From Xanthomonas campestris pv. campestris str. ATCC 33913 (GTDB lineage Bacteria > Pseudomonadota > Gammaproteobacteria > Xanthomonadales > Xanthomonadaceae): a DNA stretch of 32,000 nt. How positions within the stretch are numbered: position 1 is the first letter of the stretch; every line of letters begins with the position of its first letter. This document shows, piece after piece, positions 22,974-31,987 of this stretch. The stretch spans positions 4,701,425-4,733,424 of the forward strand of contig NC_003902.1 of NCBI RefSeq assembly GCF_000007145.1. The letters run 5' to 3'. Below the pieces are notes generated by a model, which had not been told where the DNA came from, did no database searches, and saw only the letters and a list, made by a program, of their open reading frames with translations. Made by a program: the position numbers and the translations under genes.

Positions 22974-25682
22974 TCAGGCCGGGCGTGGCTCGCCCATTAT
23001 AGGGAGTGTCACCGCCATCAGGGTCGGGTCGTCCGGATCCGGGCGCACGCCGAAGCCCAGGCTCTGGCACATCGCCAGCATGGTGCGGTTCTCGCGCAGC
23101 ACCTGGCCTTCGATCAGTTTCAGGCCCAGCCAGCGCGCGTACTCGATCATGATGCGCATCAGCTGCCAGCCGATGCCGTGGCCCTTGAGGTCGGAGCGGA
23201 TCAGGATGCCGTATTCGCCGCGCGCGTAATCGGCGTCGGCATGCAGGCGCACCGCGCCGAGCATGTCGCCGGTCTTGGGGTCGATGGCCACCAACGCGAT
23301 GGAGCGTGCGTAGTCGAGCTGGGTCAGCCGCGCGATGAATTCGTGGCTGAAATGCTTGACCGACTGGAAGAAGCGCAGCCGCAGGTCTTCGTCGGTGACC
23401 CGGGCGAAGAACGCGCGGAACAGGGCGTCGTCCTCGGGCCGCACCGGGCGCACCAGCGCGTGCGCGCCATCGCCCAGCGCGATGCGGCGCTCCCATTCCT
23501 TGGGGTACGGGAAGATCGCAAACCGCGGATGGCCACGGCCCTTGTGCAGCTTGCGCACCGGCGCCACCGCCACGCGCGCATCCAGCGCAATCACGCCCTC
23601 GCGGTCGGCCAGCAGCGGGTTGATGTCCAGCGCGGTGATTTCGGGGATGTCGGCGGCCAGCTGCGCCAGCTTGACCAGCACCAGCGCCACCGCGCGCTCG
23701 TCGGCGGCCGGCACGTCGCGATAGGCCTTGAGGATGCGCGAAACGCGGGTGCGGCCAATCAGTTCGTGGGCCAGGCGCAGGTCCAGCGGCGGCAGCGCCA
23801 GCTCGCGGTCGTTGATCACCTCCACCGCGGTGCCGCCACGGCCGAACACGATGGCCGGGCCGAACACCGGGTCATCGGCAATGCCGGCGATCAGCTCGCG
23901 CGCCTTGGGCCGCAGCACGGTGGGCTGCACGATCACGCCCTCGATCAGCGCATTGGGGTGCGCGGCGCGGGCACGCGCCAGGATGCCGGCCGCCGCCTCC
24001 CGCACCGCCGCCACGCTGGACAGGTTCAGGCGCACGCCGTCCACGTCCGACTTGTGTGCGATCTCGCTGGAAAGCACCTTCAAAGTGACTGTGCGCCCCA
24101 TTGCCAGCAACGGGTCGGCCAGCAGCGCGGCCTCGTTGGCGGTGGCGGCCACCTGCACCGGCACGATCGGGATGCCGTAGGCGGCCAGCAGGCGGTTGGT
24201 TGCGACCGGATCCAGCCAGCGCCTGCCGGCGGCCAGCGCTTCGTTGACCACCGCTCGGCCGATGCCGGCATCGACCACGAAATCTTCCGGCAGGCTGGGC
24301 GGGGTCTCCATCAAGGCGGCCTGCGCCTCGCGGTAACGCACCAGGTGGGTGAAGCCGCGCACCGCGTCCGACTCGGTGGCGTAGGTGGGCACGCGTGCAG
24401 CGTTGAGCGCGGCAATCGCGGCGTCATCCTGGCCCAGCCACACCGCAAACACCGGTTTCTCGCGCTGGTAGCGGCTGCGCTGTTCCAGCGCGCGGGTCAG
24501 TGCCTTGGCCGCATCGGCCGAGGAGGTGAAGGCGGTGGGCACGTTGACCACCAGCAGCGCGTCGTTCTCGGAGTCGTCCAGCAATGCTTCGATGGCGGCC
24601 GCATAGCGCTCGCCATCGGCGTCGACAATGATGTCCACCGGATTGCTGCGCGACCAGCCTTCAGGAAGCGATTGATCCAGCCGCTCCAGCGTCTTGGCCG
24701 ACAACTCGGCCAGGGTGCCGCCGCGCAGCAACAGCTGGTCCATTGCCAACTGCCCCACCCCGCCGCCATTGCTCAAGATCGCCAGCCGACGGCCCGGAAA
24801 ACTACCCAGGCGGCCCAGCGTTTCGGCCGCGGCGAACAGTTCGTCCAGTGCCCCCACCCGCAACAGCCCGGCCCGTGCGAACGCGGCGCCATACACCGCA
24901 TCCGAGCCGGCCAGCGCCTGCGCGTGGGTGTCGGCATTGGGATCAATGCGGAACTGCCGCCCGGACTTGACTACCACCACCGGCTTGGCGCGCGCGGCGG
25001 CGCGTGCCGCCGACATGAACTTGCGCGCATCGCCGATGCGTTCGACATACAGCAGGATCGCGCGGGTGCGGTAGTCGGTGGCGAAGTAATCCAGCAGATC
25101 GCCGAAATCCACGTCCAGCGTGTCTCCCAGCGAGACCACCGCCGAAAACCCGACCGAGCGCGCCACGCCCCACTCCACCAGCGCCGCGGCAATGGCGCTG
25201 GATTCGGAAATCAGCGCCAGGTCGCCGGCCTGCGGGCAATGCGCGGCGATGCTGGCATTGAGCCGCGCATGCGGGGCGATCACGCCTAAACAATGCGGGC
25301 CGAGGATGCGCATGCCCTTGGCCCGCGCCGTCGCTTCCACGCGTGCGGCCGGCGAGCCGGCACCACTGCCCAGGCCGGCAGTGAGAATGATCGCCGCTGC
25401 CACACCACGCCGCGCGGCGATGGAGACGATGCGCGGCACGATGCGCGCCGGCGCGGTAATCACCACCAGGTCCGGCACCCAGGGCAGGTCGGTCAGCCGC
25501 GCCACCGTGCGCACGCCGTCGATCTCGCTGTAACGCGGGCTCACCCAGCCGATCTGCCCGGGAAACCCGGCCGCGCGCAGGTTGCGCACCACCGCGCGCC
25601 CGGCCGAGCGATCGCGCGGACTGCCGCCCACCACCGCGACGGTGGTGGGGCGGAACACCTGTTGCAGGTGATACGTACTCAT
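22974..25682 (-). CDS. pat: Bifunctional ADP-forming acyl-CoA synthetase-like / GNAT protein lysine acetyltransferase (Pat / YfiQ type)
   Basis: 902 aa. The N-terminal CoA-binding domain (VAVVGGSPRDRSAGRAV) is followed by succinyl-CoA-synthetase-like and ATP-grasp regions, then a C-terminal GNAT domain (GHGIGWQLMRIMIEYARWLGL...VLRENRTMLAMCQSLGF). Confidence 0.85.
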   Translation of the reverse strand: MSTYHLQQVFRPTTVAVVGGSPRDRSAGRAVVRNLRAAGFPGQIGWVSPRYSEIDGVRTVARLTDLPWVPDLVVITAPARIVPRIVSIAARRGVAAAIILTAGLGSGAGSPAARVEATARAKGMRILGPHCLGVIAPHARLNASIAAHCPQAGDLALISESSAIAAALVEWGVARSVGFSAVVSLGDTLDVDFGDLLDYFATDYRTRAILLYVERIGDARKFMSAARAAARAKPVVVVKSGRQFRIDPNADTHAQALAGSDAVYGAAFARAGLLRVGALDELFAAAETLGRLGSFPGRRLAILSNGGGVGQLAMDQLLLRGGTLAELSAKTLERLDQSLPEGWSRSNPVDIIVDADGERYAAAIEALLDDSENDALLVVNVPTAFTSSADAAKALTRALEQRSRYQREKPVFAVWLGQDDAAIAALNAARVPTYATESDAVRGFTHLVRYREAQAALMETPPSLPEDFVVDAGIGRAVVNEALAAGRRWLDPVATNRLLAAYGIPIVPVQVAATANEAALLADPLLAMGRTVTLKVLSSEIAHKSDVDGVRLNLSSVAAVREAAAGILARARAAHPNALIEGVIVQPTVLRPKARELIAGIADDPVFGPAIVFGRGGTAVEVINDRELALPPLDLRLAHELIGRTRVSRILKAYRDVPAADERAVALVLVKLAQLAADIPEITALDINPLLADREGVIALDARVAVAPVRKLHKGRGHPRFAIFPYPKEWERRIALGDGAHALVRPVRPEDDALFRAFFARVTDEDLRLRFFQSVKHFSHEFIARLTQLDYARSIALVAIDPKTGDMLGAVRLHADADYARGEYGILIRSDLKGHGIGWQLMRIMIEYARWLGLKLIEGQVLRENRTMLAMCQSLGFGVRPDPDDPTLMAVTLPIMGEPRPA

Positions 25683-25972
25683 CGTGCAGAAGATGCAGAA
25701 ACCATCGCGCTACGGTACACGCACTGGGGTGCGAGGGCATGCGGCAAGGTTGGCGAACGCAAGATGGCGGGGCGGCCGACCGGTGTGCGTACCCCCTGCG
25801 GGCAGGGACTTGGCGCACCCGTCTCGCGGCATGGCCGTCGTCGACAATCGTCGATCGTTTTCGCCGAAGACCGTTCGGGTTGGTGATTTTTTTGGCTGGT
25901 CAGTGCACCACTGGCTGCACCGTCGTCATGCCTGCCGGAGCGCACCGCGGTGCCCGGCCTGTCGACGCCAGC

Positions 25973-26626
25973 CTACTTTGAAAGTGTCGAGGTCGATGTA
26001 CGGCAACGCTGGGCACCGTAAGCCACCGAATAGGATTCGTCGTAGCATTTGATCAGGCCATCGACGACATCCAGGTTTGGTGGCCAGCGCACCTTCATTT
26101 CAGGTCGACCCTTCTGGGCAGGAAACACCATATAGCCATCTTGCAACGGCGGCATGTTCTTGTCGTTCGGATACGGGACCGCCGCAATCCGTGCACGCGC
26201 GGCATCCAGACCGGTGCGGTCGCGTTTGAGGAACGCGATCGTCGCATCCACATAAGGATTCCAGCCGGCAAGATCCTCGGCGGCTGGCGTGTACGACTTT
26301 TCGAACAGGGCGATCGCCTGCGCCGTTTGACCGGCCTCTGCACGCATCTGACCTTCGTGCCACACCACGATGCCGCCAGTGATCACGTGGGCCTGGCGGT
26401 AGTCGCGCAGCAGATCGGCGGCTGCGACGGCGCAACCGGGGCGGTTGGCAATCGTGCGCCAACCGCCCTGCAGGTCCTGATCGAAGGCGTCTTCATCCAG
26501 TGCCAGCATCGCCGCACGATCGTAGGTGCACCCTGCGGCCTGGGCCGGTTCGGCCCAGCCTGGCTGGGTCACGGCGATCGACAACATCCCTGTCCACACA
26601 ACGCACCACAGCGCACTGCCTCGCAT
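25973..26626 (-). CDS. Secreted hypothetical protein (signal peptide, four Cys)
   Basis: 217 aa from ATG 26626, with GGGAAAGG upstream. The signal is MRGSALWCVVWTGMLSIAVTQPGWA-EP. It starts 32 nt downstream of mgtE on the same strand. I did not recognise a family. The listed ORF to 26992 overlaps mgtE out of frame and was trimmed. Confidence 0.6.
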   Translation of the reverse strand: MRGSALWCVVWTGMLSIAVTQPGWAEPAQAAGCTYDRAAMLALDEDAFDQDLQGGWRTIANRPGCAVAAADLLRDYRQAHVITGGIVVWHEGQMRAEAGQTAQAIALFEKSYTPAAEDLAGWNPYVDATIAFLKRDRTGLDAARARIAAVPYPNDKNMPPLQDGYMVFPAQKGRPEMKVRWPPNLDVVDGLIKCYDESYSVAYGAQRCRTSTSTLSK

Positions 26627-26658
26627 CGCCAGCACCTTTCCCGGGAGGAAATCGGACT

Positions 26659-28026
26659 CTACAACAGCGTGCCACTCAGAATCGCTGCGGCAATGCTGAA
26701 ATAGATCACCAAGCCGGTGACATCCACCAAGGTGGCCACGAACGGCGCCGAGGCACTGGCGGGATCGAAGCCGAAGCGTTGCAACACGAACGGCAGCATC
26801 GAGCCGGACAAGGAGCCGAAGGTGACGATGCCCACCAGTGCCGCGCCGATGGTGAGCGCCACCATTTGCCAGTGCGGGCCGTAGTCGTACAGGCCGGCGT
26901 TCTGCCAGATGGCGATGCGCACGATCGCCAGCACGCCCAGAATCGCGCCCAGCGTGAGCCCGGTGGGCAACTCGCGCAGCGCCACCTTCCACCAGTCGCG
27001 TAGGCGGATTTCGCGCAATGCCAGCGAGCGGATCAGCAGCGAGGTGGCCTGCGAACCAGAGTTGCCGCCCGAGCTCATGATCAACGGAATGAACAAGGTC
27101 AGCACCACCGCCTTGGACAGCTCGTCCTCGAAGTGCTGCATGGCGCTGGCGGTGAGCATTTCGCCCAGAAACAACACGCTCAGCCAGCCGGCGCGCTTCT
27201 TGATCATCTGCCCGAAGCCGATCTGCATGTACGGCTTGTCCAGCGCTTCCATGCCGCCGAACTTGTGCACGTCTTCGGTGGATTCGGCGATCAACGCATC
27301 CAGCACATCGTCCACGGTGACGATGCCCAGCACGTGGCCGCAGGCATCCACCACCGGGATCGCCAGTAGGTCATGGCGGCGGATCAGACGCGCCACTTCT
27401 TCCTGATCCAGGGCCGGGTCTACGGTGACCGGCGGATTGACCTGCGCCACCTCCAGGATCGGTGCCTCGGCTGCGCCGGTGATCAACCGGCGCATGGTCA
27501 CCACCTGCTGCAGCACACGCGTGTGTGGATCCAGCAGATAGATCGCATACACGGTCTCGCGGCTGCGCTCCACATCGCGGATGTGCTGCAAGGTGCGCCC
27601 CACCGTCCAGTCCGACGGCACCGCCACGAACTCGGTGGTCATCAGCGCACCGGCGGTGTTGGGCGGGTAGCGCATCAAGGCCTGGATCGACAGCCGCGCT
27701 TCGGCGCTGAGCCGCCACAACAGCGGCTCGCGTTGATCGGCGTCCAGGCCGTGGAAGATGTCGGTGGCGCGGTCGTCGGCCATCTGCCCGAGCAGCACGG
27801 CGGCATGCTCGGCCGGCAGCTGCGCAACCAGCGCACTGGCATCGCGCAGCTCGGGTTGTTCGAGCAGCTTCACCGCACGCGGCTGCGGCAACACGGCCAG
27901 CAGATGCGCGGCGGCGTCGCGGTCGAGGGTGTTGAGATATTCCACCGCATCGGCCGTGTTGAGTTCGGCCAGGGGTGCGGTCAATGCATCGACGCCTTGG
28001 GCAAGGCGCAGGGTTTCGTTGTACAT
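26659..28026 (-). CDS. mgtE: Magnesium transporter MgtE
   Basis: 455 aa. It has an N-terminal MgtE_N domain, tandem CBS domains (LLAIPVVDACGHVLGIVTVDDVLD) and a C-terminal TM domain (IPLIMSSGGNSGSQATSL...ASAPFVATLVDVTGLVIYF). Confidence 0.9.
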   Translation of the reverse strand: MYNETLRLAQGVDALTAPLAELNTADAVEYLNTLDRDAAAHLLAVLPQPRAVKLLEQPELRDASALVAQLPAEHAAVLLGQMADDRATDIFHGLDADQREPLLWRLSAEARLSIQALMRYPPNTAGALMTTEFVAVPSDWTVGRTLQHIRDVERSRETVYAIYLLDPHTRVLQQVVTMRRLITGAAEAPILEVAQVNPPVTVDPALDQEEVARLIRRHDLLAIPVVDACGHVLGIVTVDDVLDALIAESTEDVHKFGGMEALDKPYMQIGFGQMIKKRAGWLSVLFLGEMLTASAMQHFEDELSKAVVLTLFIPLIMSSGGNSGSQATSLLIRSLALREIRLRDWWKVALRELPTGLTLGAILGVLAIVRIAIWQNAGLYDYGPHWQMVALTIGAALVGIVTFGSLSGSMLPFVLQRFGFDPASASAPFVATLVDVTGLVIYFSIAAAILSGTLL

Positions 28027-28605
28027 GGGGGTTCGCCTGGTGACGACCGTCGTCGATGACAGCCGGCGAACCTGAAGCCTCAGGCGCTCGTCAGCTGGGT
28101 CATCGACCCGGGTCTAGGGTGACTGTCGCTGGACATGAGAGTGAGCTCCGTAAGTGCGGCCGAGCGGATGCTCCGGTCGGTGCGCGGCGCAGTCTGCGCG
28201 CATGTGTCCGCCTGGTCAATGCCTCGCGTGCGCCGCGCTTAAGTGGGCGTTTGGCAGGGCAATCGCGTGCTGCACGCAGCAAGCGTTGTCACGCGTCGCG
28301 ACGGTTGGCAGCGGCGTTTCGCCTGCAACAAAATAGCGACACGCACAGATCCTGCTACGGCGCGCACGCAGGCACGGGACATGCGCAGCGGTAAGGCGCA
28401 GCGTTGCCATCGGTTGCCGTTGCATCCTGCACGTAGATGCGCACGCGCTGATCGGCCGCAGTGAACCGGCTGTCGCAAACCTGTGCTGTGCGGCACGGCA
28501 ATCGGTACAGTTCGCTTCCCGGCATTGCCGTTCCCGCACAGCGTTTGCGGGAGCCGCACCGGCCATAGCATCCACGCCACTCCGCTGCTTTGCCAGGAAC
28601 CTTTC

Positions 28606-29433
28606 ATGCCGTCTTTCAAGTCGTTTTTGTTACACCGCGTCAGCCCGGTCTGCCTATGCGTTGCCGCTGGTTGGGGCACGGTGGCGATGGCGCAGACCGT
28701 GTTGCCCGACGCCACGCCAGTGCACGCGCACGAAACCACCCAGCATGACGGGCACGAGTGGGGCTACACCGGCCCGGAGGGCGCCGAGCACTGGGCCGAA
28801 CTGGCCAAGGAAAATGCGCTGTGCGGCAATGGGCAGCAGAACAGTCCCATCGATCTGAAGGACGCGATCGACGCCACGCTGGGCAAGCTGCAACTGGACT
28901 ACGGCGCAGTGCCGCTGGTGGTGCGCAACACCGGCCACTCCATCCAGCTGGATCTACACGCCGGCGGCACGATGCGGGTCGGCGGCAAGCAGTACGACGC
29001 ACTGCAGCTGCATTTCCATCATCCCAGCGAGCACCTGTTGAATGGCCGGCGCTTCCCGATGGAGGCGCACATCGTGCACCAGGGCCCGGACGGAACGCTC
29101 GGCGTGCTGGCGATCTTCTTCGAGACCGGCAAGGCCAATCCGGCCTTCCAGCGCGTGCTCGACGCCATGCCGAGCGACAAGAACCAGACCCGGCAGGTGG
29201 CCGATGCGGTCGTGCGCGCTAGCGATTTTCTGCCGCCCGCCAATCAACGCAGCTTCTACCGCTACGAAGGCTCGCTGACTACCCCGCCCTGCAGCGAAAC
29301 GGTGGATTGGGTGGTCCTGAGTCAGCCGGTGCAGGTGTCCAGGGAACAGATCAACGCGTTCGAGCGCGTTTACCCGTTCAACGCGCGCCCGCTGCAGCCG
29401 CTGGATCGTCGCTTCCTGCTCAAGAGCCACTGA
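28606..29433 (+). CDS. Periplasmic alpha-class carbonic anhydrase
   Basis: 275 aa from ATG 28606, with AGGAA 7 nt upstream. The signal peptide ends AMA-QT. The pattern HEWGY, QSPIDL, LHFHHPSEH, EAHIVH and YEGSLTTPPCSE supplies the three zinc-binding His and the alpha-CA signature. Confidence 0.9.
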   Translation: MPSFKSFLLHRVSPVCLCVAAGWGTVAMAQTVLPDATPVHAHETTQHDGHEWGYTGPEGAEHWAELAKENALCGNGQQNSPIDLKDAIDATLGKLQLDYGAVPLVVRNTGHSIQLDLHAGGTMRVGGKQYDALQLHFHHPSEHLLNGRRFPMEAHIVHQGPDGTLGVLAIFFETGKANPAFQRVLDAMPSDKNQTRQVADAVVRASDFLPPANQRSFYRYEGSLTTPPCSETVDWVVLSQPVQVSREQINAFERVYPFNARPLQPLDRRFLLKSH

Positions 29434-29549
29434 GCCTGGCGCGAGCGCGTTGCCTCCATCGCAGCGCGCTGAGCACTGTGTTTGCTCCTAGCTCCGCGTC
29501 TCCTCGCTAAACCGACAGCCGACATCCGTTGTGCGTTGGCTGTCGGGTT

Positions 29550-29572
29550 GGCTGCCTGCCTTGCGTGGCATA
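29550..29572 (+). repeat. 23-nt direct repeat, copy 1 (cah-kef intergenic region)
   Basis: ggctgcctgccttgcgtggcata is identical at 22 of 23 positions to 29764-29786. Confidence 0.6.
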
Positions 29573-29763
29573 GCGGAGATCAGCGCGTTGCACGCGTGCG
29601 GATCGCGCGCGGCGGCTTGCGTCGTCGTGCAGGGGTTTGGGAGACGGGCACACTCCGCTTCCACCGCACGTAACAGGAGCACTCGGCCGCCATTGTCTGA
29701 GGGCGGGGTCGAGGCTCAACCGTGACGGCCGCTATCAGCGGCCCCGGCACAGGCATGCAAGCC

Positions 29764-29786
29764 GGCTGCCTGCCTTGCGCGGCATA
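29764..29786 (+). repeat. 23-nt direct repeat, copy 2, overlapping a candidate -10 element for the kef gene
   Basis: ggctgcctgccttgcgcggcata is followed by 'at', giving gCATAAT 25 nt upstream of ATG 29813. A GGAGAG Shine-Dalgarno lies between them. Confidence 0.55.
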
Positions 29787-29812
29787 ATGCGCACCTCAAC
29801 GGAGAGTGCAAC

Positions 29813-31624
29813 ATGCATAGCGGCGGCCTCGAACTGGCGTTGGTCCTGATGCTGGCGGCGATCGTGGCCGTGCCGGTGTTCAAGCGCTTCGGCCTGGGTG
29901 CGGTGCTGGCGTACTTGGTCGCCGGCGTGGTGCTCGGGCCCGATGGCGTGGGCGTGGTGCAGGATGCCGAACGCATCAGCGGTGCGGCCGAGATCGGTGT
30001 GGTGATGCTGCTGTTCGTGATCGGGCTGGAGCTGTCGCCGGCACGGCTGAAGGTGATGCGCCACTCGGTGTTCGGCGCCGGCACCACCCAGGTGGTGATG
30101 ACCGCGCTGATCCTGGGCGGCCTGCTGATGGCCGGGCAACTGGGCTGGAAAACCTCGCTCATCGTCGGCGTGGCGCTGGCGCTGTCATCCACTGCGGTGG
30201 GCCTGCAGCTGCTGGCCGAACGCAAGGCGCTGGGCAGCGATTACGGCCGGCTGGCCTTCGCCATCCTGTTGTTCCAGGATCTGATCGCCATCCCGCTGCT
30301 GGCTGCCATTCCGCTGCTGGGCGGCAGCAAAAACGCCACGCTGGACTGGCAGGAGGTGGCCAAGGCGCTGGTGGCGTTGACGTTGGTCATCCTGTGCGGC
30401 CGCTTCGTGCTGCGGCATCTGTTCAATGTGGTGGCGCGCACGCGCATGCCCGAGGTGTTCACCGCCAGCGCCTTGCTGGTGGTGCTGGGCACTGCCTGGA
30501 TCATGCAGGAGGCCGGCCTGAGCGCCAGCCTGGGCGCCTTCATTGCCGGCGTGCTGCTGGCCGATTCGGAATTCCGCCACGAGCTCGAATCGCAGATCGA
30601 GCCATTCGAAGGCTTGCTGCTGGGGCTGTTCTTCATCTCGGTGGGTATGGGCATCGATCTGGACCGGGTGGTGTCCGAACCGTGGCTGATCGCCGCCGGC
30701 GTTGGCATCTTGCTGCTGGTCAAGTTCGCGCTGCTGGTGGGGATCGGCACCGTTGCGAAGCTGCCGCTGCGCAGCAGCCTGATGCTGGGCGGCGTGTTGT
30801 GGCTGGGCGGCGAATTCGCATTTGTAGTCTTCAACGAGGCCGATCGCGTCGGCCTGCTGGACGCCGCCAACCACGACCGCCTGGTCGCCATCGTGGGTGT
30901 GTCGATGGCGCTGACGCCGCTGTTGCTGCTCGGCATCCAGCGCGCGCTCAATGGCCCGTTGCGTATCAAGGTGCCCAAATCCGAGCGCCCCTACGACACC
31001 ATCGACACGCAGACGCCCAAGGTGCTGATCGCCGGCATGGGCCGTTTCGGCCAGGTGATCGCGCGCCTGCTCACCGCGCGGCACGTGCCGTTCGTGGCGC
31101 TGGAACACAACCCGGACACGGTGGAGGATCTACGCCGCTTCGGCAGCCAGCTGTACTACGGCGACCCGACCCGCCCGGAGCTGCTGCGCGCCGCCGGTGC
31201 CGAGCGCATCAAGGTCTTTGTGATCGCAGTGGACGACCCGGACACCAACATCAAGACGGTGCGGCTGATCCGCCGCCTGTACCCGAACGCCACGGTGCTG
31301 GCGCGTGCGCGCAACCGCCAGCACGCCTGGAAACTGATGGACCTGGGTGCCGAGCCGTTCCGCGAGGTGTTCGCCTCCAGCCTGGAGTTGGGCGGGCGCG
31401 TATTGACCTCGCTGGGGCTTGGCGAGGCCGACGCGCAGGAGCACGTCACACGCTTCCGCCACCACGACGAAGACCTGCTGCGCCGCCAGCATCTGGTTTA
31501 TGACGACGAAGCCAAGGTGATCCAGACCTCGCGCGATGCACGCGAAGACCTGATGCATCTGTTCGAAGCCGACGTCAAGGCCGAAGTGGATCCGGAGCCT
31601 GCACCGGTCACGCCCGAGCGATAA
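29813..31624 (+). CDS. kefC: Glutathione-regulated K+/H+ antiporter, CPA2 family with a C-terminal RCK/TrkA-N domain (KefB/KefC type)
   Basis: 603 aa. The N-terminus AAIVAVPVFKRFGLGAVLAYLVAGVVLGPDGVG and the EFRHELE motif are followed by the Rossmann motif VLIAGMGRFGQVIARLL in the C-terminal domain. Confidence 0.9.
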   Translation: MHSGGLELALVLMLAAIVAVPVFKRFGLGAVLAYLVAGVVLGPDGVGVVQDAERISGAAEIGVVMLLFVIGLELSPARLKVMRHSVFGAGTTQVVMTALILGGLLMAGQLGWKTSLIVGVALALSSTAVGLQLLAERKALGSDYGRLAFAILLFQDLIAIPLLAAIPLLGGSKNATLDWQEVAKALVALTLVILCGRFVLRHLFNVVARTRMPEVFTASALLVVLGTAWIMQEAGLSASLGAFIAGVLLADSEFRHELESQIEPFEGLLLGLFFISVGMGIDLDRVVSEPWLIAAGVGILLLVKFALLVGIGTVAKLPLRSSLMLGGVLWLGGEFAFVVFNEADRVGLLDAANHDRLVAIVGVSMALTPLLLLGIQRALNGPLRIKVPKSERPYDTIDTQTPKVLIAGMGRFGQVIARLLTARHVPFVALEHNPDTVEDLRRFGSQLYYGDPTRPELLRAAGAERIKVFVIAVDDPDTNIKTVRLIRRLYPNATVLARARNRQHAWKLMDLGAEPFREVFASSLELGGRVLTSLGLGEADAQEHVTRFRHHDEDLLRRQHLVYDDEAKVIQTSRDAREDLMHLFEADVKAEVDPEPAPVTPER

Positions 31625-31678
31625 GACACGCAAGGGCGCATGCGATCACGCGCGCTTGGTCGCAGTTGAGAGAAGCCC

Positions 31679-31791
31679 GTAGGAGCGCGCTTGCGCGCGA
31701 TGAGGCGTTACCGCATCTCTATCCGTACAGAAGCCCGAAAACCGGATGCTCCCGTTCCAGAGCGACATCCAAAAAACAACCTCAAGTCGCC
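31679..31791 (+). repeat. Intergenic repeat family 3, copy 1 (GTAGGAGCGCGCTTGCGCGCGATG core)
   Basis: The first ~35 nt are nearly identical to the copy at 31830, with a palindromic core gcgcgc-ttg-cgcgcg. The 3' part is diverged but still alignable (ccagagc, aaaacaa..caa.g.cgcc). Confidence 0.55.
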
Positions 31792-31829
31792 ATGGTTCCG
31801 CATCCCCCATGCACGCTAGTCGCACACAT

Positions 31830-31940
31830 GTAGGAGCGCGCTTGCGCGCGATGCGGCGTTACCGGATGTCTGTCGGTCCATACGCACGAAAGATGATCCC
31901 TCTGCTCCAGAGCACCTTCTAAGAAAACATCAAAGCCGCC
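31830..31940 (+). repeat. Intergenic repeat family 3, copy 2
   Basis: It is a tandem direct copy starting 151 nt after copy 1: gtaggagcgcgcttgcgcgcgatgcggcgttaccggatg... Confidence 0.55.
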
Positions 31941-31987
31941 GCGGACCAAGAACGCTTGTTGATGATCACATAACCCAAGGAGACGCG

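Noticed and set aside
22833-25289. 818-aa plus-strand ORF antisense to pat, and similar long shadow ORFs at 458-1699(-), 1822-3219(-), 10591-11763(-), 12990-14525(-), 8980-9870(-) and 30185-31108(-)
   Set aside because: All are mirror-frame ORFs over genes that have clear family motifs. Their compositions are Arg/Gly/Ala/Pro-biased, and none has a start context or domain signature.
28027-28260. M-box (ykoK) Mg2+ riboswitch upstream of mgtE
   Set aside because: No GGTGAGGCTCC-like core or multi-helix M-box pattern is visible on the minus strand. Only simple hairpins are present.
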